Of a stretch of 64,000 nt of DNA, positions 35,865 to 46,477 are shown in pieces (position 1 is the first letter of the stretch; each line of letters starts with the position of its first letter). Under the pieces are notes generated by a model. The model ran no database searches, had not been told where the DNA came from, and saw nothing but the letters and a program-made list of their open reading frames with translations. This DNA is from Escherichia phage phiAPCEc03, in the sequence record NC_047754.1; one strand, 5' to 3'. The translations under genes and the position numbers were made by a program.

Positions 35865-37180
35865 TGGAAGTATCAAGACCCTACGTTAACACAGTAGATG
35901 TTATTGATTTCGGAATAGACAAACGTTTCTTTCGTTTACCTGTTTCAGGAATACTAGCACAAGAAGGTATTACACCTAATGGTCCTCAAATAGCGATTAT
36001 CAATGCGCTAGAAGACCCTAGACATCGTTTTGTAACGGCGTGTGTATCGCGCCGTGTGGGCAAGTCCTTTATAGCATATACACTTGGATTCCTAAAATTG
36101 CTGGAACCCAATGTGAAGGTACTAGTAGTTGCTCCTAACTACTCACTGGCCAACATCGGATGGTCTCAGATTCGTGGTCTTATTAAGAAGTATGGCCTAC
36201 AAACTGAACGTGAGAACGCTAAAGATAAAGAGATTGAGTTAGCTAATGGTTCTCTGTTTAAACTAGCTTCCGCGGCTCAGGCTGACTCCGCAGTTGGACG
36301 TTCATATGATTTTATCATTTTCGATGAGGCGGCAATTTCCGATGTGGGTGGTGATGCCTTTAGGGTTCAGTTACGTCCTACTCTAGATAAACCTAATTCT
36401 AAAGCTCTATTTATTTCCACCCCTCGTGGAGGTAACTGGTTTAAAGAGTTTTACGCCTATGGATTTGATGATACGTTACCTAACTGGGTGTCTATTCATG
36501 GTACATACCGTGATAACCCTCGTGCTGACCTGAATGACATTGAGGAAGCACGTCGTACAGTTAGTAAAAACTACTTCCGCCAGGAATACGAGGCCGACTT
36601 CTCTGTATTCGAAGGCCAGATCTTTGATACCTTTAATGCTATCGATCATGTTAAAGACCTCAAAGGTATGCGTCACTTCTTTAAAGATGATGAAGCATTC
36701 GAAACATTGCTTGGTATTGACGTTGGTTATCGTGATCCTACAGCAGTTCTTACTATTAAGTACCACTATGATACAGATACCTACTATGTATTAGAAGAGT
36801 ACCAGCAGGCAGAGAAAACTACAGCGCAACATGCTGCGTATATTCAGCACTGTATAGATCGTTATAACGTAGATCGTATCTTCGTTGACTCCGCGGCTGC
36901 CCAGTTCCGTCAGGACTTAGCTTATGAACATGAAATTGCATCAGCTCCAGCTAAAAAATCTGTCCTAGACGGTCTAGCATGCTTGCAAGCGCTATTCCAG
37001 CAAGGCAAGATTATTGTAGATGCTTCATGTTCCTCATTAATCCATGCGTTGCAGAACTATAAATGGGACTTCCAAGAAGGTGAAGAAAAATTATCACGTG
37101 AAAAACCACGTCATGATGCTAACTCTCACCTCTGTGATGCGCTGCGCTATGGAATTTACTCTATTTCCCGTGGTAAATAA
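35864..37180 (+). CDS. terminase large subunit
   Basis: 438 aa; Walker A VSRRVGKS and Walker B DFIIFDEAA. Confidence 0.8.
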   Translation: MEVSRPYVNTVDVIDFGIDKRFFRLPVSGILAQEGITPNGPQIAIINALEDPRHRFVTACVSRRVGKSFIAYTLGFLKLLEPNVKVLVVAPNYSLANIGWSQIRGLIKKYGLQTERENAKDKEIELANGSLFKLASAAQADSAVGRSYDFIIFDEAAISDVGGDAFRVQLRPTLDKPNSKALFISTPRGGNWFKEFYAYGFDDTLPNWVSIHGTYRDNPRADLNDIEEARRTVSKNYFRQEYEADFSVFEGQIFDTFNAIDHVKDLKGMRHFFKDDEAFETLLGIDVGYRDPTAVLTIKYHYDTDTYYVLEEYQQAEKTTAQHAAYIQHCIDRYNVDRIFVDSAAAQFRQDLAYEHEIASAPAKKSVLDGLACLQALFQQGKIIVDASCSSLIHALQNYKWDFQEGEEKLSREKPRHDANSHLCDALRYGIYSISRGK

Positions 37181-37294
37181 ATAAATATAGGAAGGGATAC
37201 TACTCAGTTGGTATCCCATTCCTGCATTTTAAAATCCCCTTTACAAATTCGATACGATTATGTATACTATATTCATACAGTTGAGGAGAACACT

Positions 37295-37732
37295 ATGGCA
37301 AGCAATATAAAATATAAACGCGATGCTATATCCCTTATGAGAGACGGAATAAAAAGTCAATATAAAAAAGACTCTCAATGTGCTATCTGCGGTTGTGCTG
37401 AAGAATTAGAGCTTCATCATTACCATACGGTGTCTCTACTAGTTAAAAAATTTGCTAAAGAACTCCAATTGGATTTCACTGACGAAGAAACAGTCCTTTC
37501 AAATAGGACGGCATTCTATGATCGATATAGGCATGAGCTAGTAGAAGACACTGTTACCCTTTGTGTACACCATCACCAATTATTACATAAGGTTTACACA
37601 AAAGAACCTCCTTTATTTTCTGCTAATAAGCAAAAAGTGTGGGTTCAAAAGCAGAAAGACAAATTACAGAATCCTCAAGAAAAGACACAAGTCAAGACTG
37701 AAACAAAATCAGGATTCGCAAGGTTCTTATAA
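37295..37732 (+). CDS. HNH endonuclease (terminase-associated type)
   Basis: CAICGC...HHYH...CVHHHQLLH motifs; GAGGAG RBS before ATG at 37295. Confidence 0.6.
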   Translation: MASNIKYKRDAISLMRDGIKSQYKKDSQCAICGCAEELELHHYHTVSLLVKKFAKELQLDFTDEETVLSNRTAFYDRYRHELVEDTVTLCVHHHQLLHKVYTKEPPLFSANKQKVWVQKQKDKLQNPQEKTQVKTETKSGFARFL

Positions 37733-38949
37733 TGGGTTTTAAAAGCTGGATTACTGAAAAGCTAAATCCGGGTCAACGTATTATAAGAGACATGGAACCA
37801 GTTAGTCATCGCACTAACCGTAAGCCTTTTACCACTGGACAAGCCTACAGTAAAATTGAGATTCTCAATAGAACTGCTAATATGGTTATAGATAGTGCGG
37901 CGGAGTGTTCTTATACTGTCGGAGATAAATATAATATTGTCACGTATGCCAATGGTATCAAGACAAAGACTCTAGACACTCTCTTAAATGTACGACCTAA
38001 TCCATTCATGGATATAAGCACATTCCGTAGACTTGTAGTCACTGACCTACTTTTTGAAGGTTGTGCATACATCTATTGGGATGGCACAGCACTTTACCAT
38101 GTCCCTGCTGCACTAATGCAAGTAGAGGCAGATGCCAATAAGTTTATCAAAAAATTTATATTTAATAATCAGATAGACTATCGCGTAGATGAGATTATCT
38201 TTATAAAGGATAACAGTTACATGCGCGGCACAAATTCTCAAATTTCTGGACAATCTCGTGTTGCTACTGTTATTGATTCTCTTGAGAAGCGTTCTAAGAT
38301 GCTTAACTTTAAAGAGAAATTCCTCGATAACGGAACCGTGATTGGTCTTATTCTTGAGACGGATGAAATCCTGAACAAGAAATTGCGTGAGCGTAAACAA
38401 GAAGAATTACAACTAGATTATAATCCTAGTACTGGTCAGTCCTCTGTCCTGATTCTAGATGGTGGTATGAAAGCTAAACCGTACTCCCAAATATCCTCTT
38501 TTAAAGATCTAGACTTTAAGGAAGACATTGAAGGATTTAATAAATCTATCTGTCTAGCCTTTGGTGTTCCGCAAGTACTGATTGATGGTGGTAATAATGC
38601 GAACATTCGACCAAACATCGAATTGTTCTACTATATGACTATCATCCCTATGCTGAACAAACTGACTAGTTCTCTTACTTTCTTTTTTGGTTATAAGATT
38701 ACTCCTAATACTAAGGAAGTAGCTGCATTAACACCAGATAAAGAATCTGAGGCTAAACATTTAACCTCATTGGTTAATAATGGTATTATAACTGGTAACG
38801 AAGCTCGTTTAGAGCTGAACCTTGAACCTTTAGATGATGAGCAGATGAATAAGATTCGTATTCCTGCTAACGTTGCTGGTTCTGCAACAGGCGTATCTGG
38901 TCAAGAAGGTGGTAGACCTCAAGGTTCCACCGAGGGAGATAAAGAATGA
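37732..38949 (+). CDS. portal protein
   Basis: 405-aa ORF between terminase and protease/capsid genes; call by synteny and size. Confidence 0.7.
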   Translation: MGFKSWITEKLNPGQRIIRDMEPVSHRTNRKPFTTGQAYSKIEILNRTANMVIDSAAECSYTVGDKYNIVTYANGIKTKTLDTLLNVRPNPFMDISTFRRLVVTDLLFEGCAYIYWDGTALYHVPAALMQVEADANKFIKKFIFNNQIDYRVDEIIFIKDNSYMRGTNSQISGQSRVATVIDSLEKRSKMLNFKEKFLDNGTVIGLILETDEILNKKLRERKQEELQLDYNPSTGQSSVLILDGGMKAKPYSQISSFKDLDFKEDIEGFNKSICLAFGVPQVLIDGGNNANIRPNIELFYYMTIIPMLNKLTSSLTFFFGYKITPNTKEVAALTPDKESEAKHLTSLVNNGIITGNEARLELNLEPLDDEQMNKIRIPANVAGSATGVSGQEGGRPQGSTEGDKE

Positions 38950-39431
38950 TTGATTATAGTGGTCTAAAGACCATTTTTGGTGAAAAACTGCCAGAATCTC
39001 ATATCTTCTTTGCTACGGTTGCTGCGCATAAATATGTTCCTAGCTACGCTTTTCTGCGTAGAGAACTAGGACTTTCATCTGCGCATACTAACCGTAAAGT
39101 ATGGAAGAAATTTGTAGAGACCTATGGTAAAGCAGTTCCTCCTGCTCCACCATTAACTCTTTCTAAGGATTTAACTGCTAGCATGTCCGTTGAAGAGGGA
39201 GCAGCGTTAACCCTTTCTGTTACTGCAACCGGTGGTATTGGTCCATATACTTATGCATGGACTAAAGATGGTTCTCCTATTCATGGTGCTTCAGGAGCTA
39301 CCTATACTAAGCCTGCAGCAGCTACAAAGTATTCTGGAGCCTATAAAGTAACTGTAACAGATAGTAAGCAAGTAAGCAAGGACTCTGCTACATGTGCTGT
39401 GACAGTTAATCCTACTGTTCCTGGAGGCTAA
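38946..39431 (+). CDS. Ig-like domain capsid decoration protein (pb10-like)
   Basis: 161 aa; C-terminal Ig-like segment TATGGIGPYTYAWTKDGSPI...TVTD. Confidence 0.55.
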   Translation: MIDYSGLKTIFGEKLPESHIFFATVAAHKYVPSYAFLRRELGLSSAHTNRKVWKKFVETYGKAVPPAPPLTLSKDLTASMSVEEGAALTLSVTATGGIGPYTYAWTKDGSPIHGASGATYTKPAAATKYSGAYKVTVTDSKQVSKDSATCAVTVNPTVPGG

Positions 39432-39434
39432 TAA

Positions 39435-40067
39435 ATGACACAAGCTGCTATTGACTATAACAAGTTAAAATCAGCACACGTTCATTTAGATGCCTATATT
39501 AAATCTATTGATAGCGAATCCAAAGAGGGCGTTGTAAAAATCCGTGGATTCGCTAATACAATTAGTAAAGATCGCGCTGGTGATGTAATTCCTGCTTCTG
39601 CGTGGAAAACATCTAATGCACTTACTAACTATATGAAAAACCCGATTATTCTTTTCGGACACGATCATCGTCGTCCAATCGGTAAGTGTATTGATCTTAA
39701 CCCTACTGAAATGGGTCTCGAAATCGAATGCGAGATCTATGAAAGTTCTGACCCGGCTATCTTTTCACTAATTAAAAACGGTGTACTGAAAACTTTTAGT
39801 ATCGGATTCCGCTGCCTAGATGCAGAGTGGGATGAAGCTACTGATATATTTATTATTAAAGATTTAGAACTATACGAAGTTTCGGTAGTTTCTGTACCTT
39901 GTAATCAGGACTCAACGTTCAATCTCGCTAAGAGCATGAATGGTCATGATTATACTGAATGGCGTAAATCTTTTACTGCAATAAGTTCTAAAGCTGTCCC
40001 AGCTCAAGAACGTAATCTTTCTGAACTAGAAAAACTTGCGATAGCTTTAGGCTACGTTAAAGAATAA
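39435..40067 (+). CDS. prohead protease (HK97-type)
   Basis: 210 aa, immediately upstream of the major capsid gene. Confidence 0.7.
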   Translation: MTQAAIDYNKLKSAHVHLDAYIKSIDSESKEGVVKIRGFANTISKDRAGDVIPASAWKTSNALTNYMKNPIILFGHDHRRPIGKCIDLNPTEMGLEIECEIYESSDPAIFSLIKNGVLKTFSIGFRCLDAEWDEATDIFIIKDLELYEVSVVSVPCNQDSTFNLAKSMNGHDYTEWRKSFTAISSKAVPAQERNLSELEKLAIALGYVKE

Positions 40068-40084
40068 CGGAGAATTATTTAAAA

Positions 40085-41458
40085 ATGACTATTGATATTA
40101 ATAAGCTGAAAGAAGAACTTGGTCTGGGTGATCTGGCTAAATCTCTGGAAGGTCTGACCGCTGCTCAGAAAGCTCAGGAAGCTGAACGTATGCGTAAAGA
40201 GCAGGAAGAAAAAGAACTGGCTCGTATGAATGACCTGGTTTCTAAAGCTGTTGGTGAAGACCGTAAGCGTCTGGAAGAGGCTCTGGATCTGGTTAAGTCT
40301 CTGGATGAGAAATCTAAGAAGAGCGCAGAACTGTTTGCACAAACTGTAGAAAAACAACAGGAAACTATTGTTGGTCTTCAGGACGAAATTAAATCTCTGC
40401 TAACAGCTCGTGAAGGTCGTTCCTTTGTTGGTGATAGTGTTGCTAAAGCACTGTACGGTACTCAGGAAAACTTTGAAGACGAAGTAGAAAAACTGGTTCT
40501 GTTGTCTTATGTAATGGAAAAAGGTGTATTCGAAACCGAACACGGTCAAAAACACCTGAAAGCAGTGAATCAGTCCTATTCTGTAGAAGTTTCTAGTGAA
40601 AGCTATGAAACTATTTTCTCCCAGCGTATTATCCGTGACCTGCAGAAAGAGCTGGTAGTTGGCGCACTGTTCGAAGAACTGCCGATGTCTAGTAAAATTC
40701 TTACTATGTTGGTTGAGCCAGACGCTGGTAAAGCTACTTGGGTTGCTGCTTCTACTTATGGTACTGATGCAACTACTGGTAATGAAGTTAAAGGTGCTCT
40801 TAAAGAAATCCACTTCAGTACTTACAAACTGGCTGCTAAGTCCTTCATTACTGATGAAACTGAAGAAGATGCAATCTTCTCTCTGCTGCCTCTGCTGCGT
40901 AAACGCCTGATTGAAGCACACGCTGTTTCTATCGAAGAAGCGTTTATGACTGGTGATGGTTCTGGTAAGCCGAAAGGCCTGTTGACTCTTGCTAGAGAAG
41001 ATGATGCTAAAGTTGCTACTGAAGCTAAAGCTGATGGTACTGTTCTGGTAACTGCTAAAACTATCTCTAAACTGCGTCGTAAACTGGGTCGTCATGGTCT
41101 GAAACTGAGCAAACTGGTACTTATCGTATCTATGGATGCTTACTACGATCTTCTGGAAGATGAAGAATGGCAGGATGTTGCACAGGTTGGTAACGATGCT
41201 GTTAAACTGCAAGGTCAGGTTGGTCGTATTTACGGTCTGCCGGTTGTAGTTTCTGAGTACTTCCCAGCTAAAGCTGCTTCCGCAGAGTTCGCAGTTATTG
41301 TTTATAAAGATAACTTCGTAATGCCGCGTCAGCGTGCTGTTACTGTTGAGCGTGAGCGCCAAGCTGGTAAACAGCGTGACGCATACTACGTTACCCAGCG
41401 TGTTAACCTGCAACGTTACTTTGCAAATGGCGTTGTATCTGGTACTTACGATGCTTAA
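40085..41458 (+). CDS. major capsid protein precursor with N-terminal scaffold-like delta domain
   Basis: 457 aa; N-terminal about 150 aa is a charged coiled coil; size matches T5 pb8 precursor. Confidence 0.8.
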   Translation: MTIDINKLKEELGLGDLAKSLEGLTAAQKAQEAERMRKEQEEKELARMNDLVSKAVGEDRKRLEEALDLVKSLDEKSKKSAELFAQTVEKQQETIVGLQDEIKSLLTAREGRSFVGDSVAKALYGTQENFEDEVEKLVLLSYVMEKGVFETEHGQKHLKAVNQSYSVEVSSESYETIFSQRIIRDLQKELVVGALFEELPMSSKILTMLVEPDAGKATWVAASTYGTDATTGNEVKGALKEIHFSTYKLAAKSFITDETEEDAIFSLLPLLRKRLIEAHAVSIEEAFMTGDGSGKPKGLLTLAREDDAKVATEAKADGTVLVTAKTISKLRRKLGRHGLKLSKLVLIVSMDAYYDLLEDEEWQDVAQVGNDAVKLQGQVGRIYGLPVVVSEYFPAKAASAEFAVIVYKDNFVMPRQRAVTVERERQAGKQRDAYYVTQRVNLQRYFANGVVSGTYDA

Positions 41459-41477
41459 TACAGGCTTTTCAGCCGAT

Positions 41478-41504
41478 AAGGAGAGCTTCGGCTCTCCTTT
41501 TTTA
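41478..41504 (+). terminator. rho-independent terminator
   Basis: Hairpin GGAGAGC-TTCG-GCTCTCC plus T-tract. Confidence 0.75.
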
Positions 41505-41517
41505 TTGGGAAAAATAA

Positions 41518-42030
41518 ATGCAAATAATCACAGCTGAAGATTATAGATTATATGGCGGGTTAAAACGACCTGAACTAGAATCTGGAGTAGAGATGATGAT
41601 TACTGCTGCCAATGCGCTGATTACTAGCCTTTTAGGTATGGATGATGCTGATGCGGTAGACCAGTTAATCAATACAAAACCTACTCGTAAAAAATACTTT
41701 TTAAGTTCTCCCTCAGCTACTTCAGTAACCAAAATGACTATTAATGATAAGGAGATAGATCCCGAACAGTATAAGTTGTACTCTGATGGGGTTATACTTC
41801 TTAAATTTAATCCTCCGGAAGGTTATATGGATGTAGAGTACACACAAGGTGGATTTAATCCAATACCTGAGGATCTCAAACTTGCAGCATGTATGCTAGT
41901 AGATCATTGGCATAAACAGGATTACCGTCAAGCTAAAACAATTGGTGGAGAAACAGTTACTTTTAATAATACTAAGTCTGGTATTCCAGAGCATATTCGT
42001 ACTATTATTGAAGTTTACAGGAGAGTATAA
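41518..42030 (+). CDS. head completion / connector protein (putative)
   Basis: 170-aa ORF after the capsid gene. Confidence 0.45.
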   Translation: MQIITAEDYRLYGGLKRPELESGVEMMITAANALITSLLGMDDADAVDQLINTKPTRKKYFLSSPSATSVTKMTINDKEIDPEQYKLYSDGVILLKFNPPEGYMDVEYTQGGFNPIPEDLKLAACMLVDHWHKQDYRQAKTIGGETVTFNNTKSGIPEHIRTIIEVYRRV

Positions 42031-42797
42031 TGTCTCTTTCTGATTTAGCTACACAAATTATTAAGGAGCAACTAGATACTGTCGGACGTTCCGAGAACAA
42101 TAAAAATACTGTTGTATACTCTGTTGAAACAGGATTAAAAGATCCTACTAGGGACGGTACTGTTGCTCAAGTATCTTTTAAGTTTTCAAAACCTGTATCA
42201 CAAGATCTTCTTAATATTAGAACCGCTTCTATATTAAAAGCTGTATCCTCTAGTTTAGATCTTTCTGGAGATTTAGGTGCTCTAGAGAACTTAATACAAG
42301 CAACCGCTGGTAAAAAATCCTCAGTAGGTAAAAAACGTTCTACTGGTAGAGTGCAGGTAAATTTTGGGGATCCTAGAGACGTAGAAGATGGATATTCTGG
42401 TGCAGTAACAGGTGCTTCAGGACGTTTTGTATCAAATAGCAATATGAAGGTTATTCTGGAGTTGGTTGCTAAAGAATACTTAATAAAGGATATGAAAAAA
42501 GCAGGAGCGCCATTAAAATTTAGAACTGGTCGCTTTGCAAACTCTTTAAAAATTAAAGATGTTATGCTTAGAGACGCAGAGACTAGTAAAGGTGCCCCAG
42601 AACTAAACGTAACATATAACTATATGACTCGTCCATATTCTGTATTCAACCCCGCAGTATCTACATACAGAAGATTATCTCTACGACCTTATCCTGGCGC
42701 TAGAAACCCACAAAAACTTATTGGTGAGGCTATAGCAAAAGCTGCAAGAGACCTGATTCACTCCAGATATAAAATTAAGGTTAATCAAGGAACCTAA
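42030..42797 (+). CDS. structural protein (putative head-tail joining)
   Basis: 255-aa ORF in the head-tail junction block. Confidence 0.45.
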   Translation: MSLSDLATQIIKEQLDTVGRSENNKNTVVYSVETGLKDPTRDGTVAQVSFKFSKPVSQDLLNIRTASILKAVSSSLDLSGDLGALENLIQATAGKKSSVGKKRSTGRVQVNFGDPRDVEDGYSGAVTGASGRFVSNSNMKVILELVAKEYLIKDMKKAGAPLKFRTGRFANSLKIKDVMLRDAETSKGAPELNVTYNYMTRPYSVFNPAVSTYRRLSLRPYPGARNPQKLIGEAIAKAARDLIHSRYKIKVNQGT

Positions 42798-42800
42798 TAA

Positions 42801-43286
42801 ATGGACCATAGAACAAGTATTGCACAAGCTATGGTTGACCGAATCTCTAAACAAATGGATGGTTCTCAACCTGACGAATATTTTAATAACCTATACGGAA
42901 ACGTTTCTCGTCAAACTTATAAATTTGAGGAAATACGAGAGTTTCCTTATGTGGCAGTTCATATCGGAACTGAAACTGGGCAGTATCTTCCTTCGGGCCA
43001 ACAGTGGATGTTTTTAGAACTTCCAATCCTGGTGTACGATAAAGAGAAAACAGACATTCAAGAGCAACTTGAAAAACTCGTAGCGGATATAAAAACCGTT
43101 ATTGACACAGGTGGAAATTTAGAATATACTGTTAGTAAACCTAATGGATCGACCTTCCCATGTGAGGCAACTGATATGATCATTACATCAGTTAGTACAG
43201 ATGAGGGTCTACTGGCCCCATATGGTTTAGCAGAAATAAATGTAACAGTGAGGTATCAGCCTCCACGTAGGTCACTTCGCAGATAA
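42801..43286 (+). CDS. tail terminator protein (p142-like, putative)
   Basis: 161 aa, immediately upstream of the tail tube gene. Confidence 0.45.
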   Translation: MDHRTSIAQAMVDRISKQMDGSQPDEYFNNLYGNVSRQTYKFEEIREFPYVAVHIGTETGQYLPSGQQWMFLELPILVYDKEKTDIQEQLEKLVADIKTVIDTGGNLEYTVSKPNGSTFPCEATDMIITSVSTDEGLLAPYGLAEINVTVRYQPPRRSLRR

Positions 43287-43312
43287 GTTACAGATTAGGA
43301 GAAAATAATTAA

Positions 43313-44707
43313 ATGTCTTTACAACTATTACGTAATACTCGAATCTTCGTGTCTACGGTTAAGACCGGTCACAATAAGACCAACACGCAAGAGATTCTAG
43401 TTCAGGATGATATTTCTTGGGGTCAGGACAGTAACTCAACAGATATTACTGTTAATGAAGCTGGTCCGCGTCCAACTCGTGGTTCTAAACGTTTTAATGA
43501 CTCTTTAAACGCAGCTGAGTGGAGTTTCTCTACTTATATCCTGCCGTATAAAGATAAAAATACTAACAAACAAATTGTTCCTGACTATATGTTATGGCAT
43601 GCACTTTCTAGTGGTAAAGCCCTTAACCTGGAAGGTGATACAGGGGCACACAATAACGAAGCTAACTTTATGGTTAACTTCAAAGATAACTCCTATCATG
43701 AGTTAGCAATGTTACATATTTATATTCTGACTGATAAAGCATGGAGTTATATCGATTCCTGTCAGATTAATCAGGCAGAAGTTAACGTTGATATCGAAGA
43801 TATTGGCCGTGTAACTTGGTCTGGTAATGGTAATCAGCTTATTCCTCTGGATAAGCAACCATTTGACCCAGATAAATTAGGTATTGATGATGAAACTTAT
43901 ATGACTATCCAGAGTTCTTATATTAAGAACAAACTTACTATCCTGAAAATTAAGGATATGGATTCTGGTAAAGCATATGATATTCCTATTACTGGTGGTA
44001 CTTTCACTATTAATAACAACATCACGTACCTAACCCCGAATATTATGTCCCGTGTAAATATTCCGATCGGTTCATTTACTGGTGCATTTGAACTAACTGG
44101 TTCATTAACTGCTTATCTGAATGATAAATTTCTTGGTTCTATGGAGCTGTACAAAGATCTTATCAAAACTCTGAAGGTAGTTAACCGCTTCGAAATTGCT
44201 CTAGTACTTGGTGGTGAATACAAGGAAGAACGTCCTGCGGCTATTCTGGTAGCTAAACAAGCACACGTTAATATTCCTACTATTGAAACTGATGATGTAC
44301 TTGGTACTTCAGTAGAGTTTAAAGCTATTCCATCTGATCTGGATGCTGGTGATGAAGGTTACTTAGGCTTCTCTAGTAAATATACCAAAACAACTATTAA
44401 TAACTTGATTGTTAATGGTGATGGTGCTACTAATGCTGTAACCGCAATTACTGTTAAATCTGCTGGTGATGCTACTACAGTAAACAACTCGGCTACTCTT
44501 CAAATGAGTGTTGAAGTTACTCCTTCTCCCGCAAAGAATAAGGAAGTTACTTGGGCTATCACTGCCGGTGATGCAGCTACTATCAGTGCAACCGGACTGT
44601 TGACAGCAGATGCTAGTAAAACTGGTGCAGTTACTGTGAAAGCTACTGCTAAAGATGGTTCTGGAGTTAAAGGTACTAAACAGATTACTGTAACAGCAGG
44701 TGGCTAA
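43313..44707 (+). CDS. tail tube protein (pb6-like) with C-terminal Ig-like domain
   Basis: 464 aa, same as T5 pb6; C-terminal Ig-like segment. Confidence 0.75.
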   Translation: MSLQLLRNTRIFVSTVKTGHNKTNTQEILVQDDISWGQDSNSTDITVNEAGPRPTRGSKRFNDSLNAAEWSFSTYILPYKDKNTNKQIVPDYMLWHALSSGKALNLEGDTGAHNNEANFMVNFKDNSYHELAMLHIYILTDKAWSYIDSCQINQAEVNVDIEDIGRVTWSGNGNQLIPLDKQPFDPDKLGIDDETYMTIQSSYIKNKLTILKIKDMDSGKAYDIPITGGTFTINNNITYLTPNIMSRVNIPIGSFTGAFELTGSLTAYLNDKFLGSMELYKDLIKTLKVVNRFEIALVLGGEYKEERPAAILVAKQAHVNIPTIETDDVLGTSVEFKAIPSDLDAGDEGYLGFSSKYTKTTINNLIVNGDGATNAVTAITVKSAGDATTVNNSATLQMSVEVTPSPAKNKEVTWAITAGDAATISATGLLTADASKTGAVTVKATAKDGSGVKGTKQITVTAGG

Positions 44708-44711
44708 TTAA

Positions 44712-45611
44712 ATGTACTACTCTCTAATGAGAGAGTCAAAAGTTATAGTTGAGTATGATGGTAGGGCATTTCATTTTGATGCCCTATCAAACTATGATAT
44801 ACAGACTTCCTACGAGGAATTCAAGACTCTTCGTAGGACTGTTCATCGTAGAACTAACTATGCAGACTCTATTATAAATGCTCAAACTCCCTCTTCTATC
44901 TCTCTAGCAGTAAATTTCAGCAATACTCTTACTGAGGCTAACTTCTTTGAATGGTTAGGTTTTGATAGAAAAGGTAATACTTTCTTACTCCCACTATATA
45001 GTAATAATATTGAACCTATTATGTTCAATATCTATATAGTAAACAAAGATAATAACTGTGTATATTTTGAAAACTGCTATGTATCTACAGTAGATTTTTC
45101 TTTAGATAAGAATATACCAATTCTTAATGTTGGTATTGAGTCTGGGAAATTCTCAGAAGTATCTACCTATAGAGAAGCCGCTTCTATTATACAGGGTGAA
45201 GTAATGTCTTACAGCCCAGTAATAGCTTCTACTAATGGCAGCATCTTACCCGGTCTTATTTCTGCCTCTTTATCTTTCCAACAGCAGTGCTCCTGGAGAG
45301 AGGATAAGAGTGTTTTTGATATAAATAAAATTTATAATAATAAAAGAGCCTATGTAACTGAAATGAATGCTTCGGCAACCCTTTCTCTGTATTACTTAAA
45401 ACGTTTTGCAGGAGATATGGTTTATAATATAGAACCGGAGATAGATGTACCTTTAACGATAAGAAATAATAATATTTCTATAGATTTTCCTTCAGCACGT
45501 ATTACAAAACGCCTAGATTTCTCAGATGTGTATAGAGTTGAGTGGGATATTATACCTACTGCCTCCTCAGACCCAGTGAGAATAGATTTCTTTGGAGAAA
45601 TTAAAAAATGA
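44712..45611 (+). CDS. tail protein (p140-like, putative)
   Basis: 299-aa ORF between tail tube and chaperone genes. Confidence 0.4.
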   Translation: MYYSLMRESKVIVEYDGRAFHFDALSNYDIQTSYEEFKTLRRTVHRRTNYADSIINAQTPSSISLAVNFSNTLTEANFFEWLGFDRKGNTFLLPLYSNNIEPIMFNIYIVNKDNNCVYFENCYVSTVDFSLDKNIPILNVGIESGKFSEVSTYREAASIIQGEVMSYSPVIASTNGSILPGLISASLSFQQQCSWREDKSVFDINKIYNNKRAYVTEMNASATLSLYYLKRFAGDMVYNIEPEIDVPLTIRNNNISIDFPSARITKRLDFSDVYRVEWDIIPTASSDPVRIDFFGEIKK

Positions 45612-46012
45612 TTAATTTAAAAGATATTACTCTTGATACTCGTACTATTACTCTTTCCTACCCAGGTATGCCGAACTTTAAACTAGAACTTAACTATATG
45701 TCTCGTGCTACCTCTAAACGTGTTATTTCTTCTGCTAAACGCGATGAATGGGTTAACGGTACTTTGGTTCAGGTACAGGATGATGATAAGTTCATTGAAG
45801 CCTTCGTTGATGCTGCGATTAAAGGTTGGACTGGTTTGACTGTTGGTGACGTTGAAAAACTGATGCTGATTGAAACAGATGCTGATCCTGAGACTGAAGT
45901 TCCTTTTAGTCGCGATAATGCTGTAATGCTTATGCAGAACTCTTCTGCGTTTGATTCCTGGATCAACCAGACAGTGTTCCACTTAGACACTTTTCGTAGC
46001 TCAAAAGCGTAA
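45608..46012 (+). CDS. tail assembly chaperone (putative)
   Basis: 134-aa acidic protein upstream of the tape measure gene. Confidence 0.45.
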   Translation: MINLKDITLDTRTITLSYPGMPNFKLELNYMSRATSKRVISSAKRDEWVNGTLVQVQDDDKFIEAFVDAAIKGWTGLTVGDVEKLMLIETDADPETEVPFSRDNAVMLMQNSSAFDSWINQTVFHLDTFRSSKA

Positions 46013-46073
46013 AGAGTTACTAGATGCTGTTGCTGATTTTGCAGACAAATGTATTAAAAGCTCAGCATCTAAA

Positions 46074-46442
46074 ATGACTAAACAACAATATTTAATACTT
46101 TGCGAGTCAATGGGTATAGAGCCTGATCCTAAGGCTATGCCCGTTGAACTTGAGGATTTTCCACCTATTGTAGCTATTAGTATGAATATTTATAATAGTC
46201 TAGTTGACTGTTTCATACCTGGTGACTTCCCTATCTTTATAGGTAAAGACAAAGCTGCTTTAGGTGTTTTATTTGATATTTATGGGATTACTGATCCTAT
46301 AGAAAAAGAATTTGTTCTACACATTATCAATATATTTGATGCTAAAGCTGTAGACGCTGCACGTAAACGTGCTGAGAAGCATAAGCCGCAAAACGGTAGA
46401 ATACCTAACGTTAAGCCGCACGCCAGATCTCGAGCACGGTAA
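46074..46442 (+). CDS. tail assembly chaperone second ORF (possible frameshift product)
   Basis: 122-aa ORF with no obvious RBS; its frame is open back to 45987 and overlaps the end of the upstream ORF. Confidence 0.4.
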   Translation: MTKQQYLILCESMGIEPDPKAMPVELEDFPPIVAISMNIYNSLVDCFIPGDFPIFIGKDKAALGVLFDIYGITDPIEKEFVLHIINIFDAKAVDAARKRAEKHKPQNGRIPNVKPHARSRAR

Positions 46443-46477
46443 AAGTTTCCTCCAATGGGCGTTCCACGATGAGGCTT

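Noticed and set aside
40400-41413. 337-aa minus-strand ORF
   Set aside because: Antisense to the major capsid gene; Ser/Phe/Asn-rich low-complexity translation; capsid gene is supported by synteny and size.
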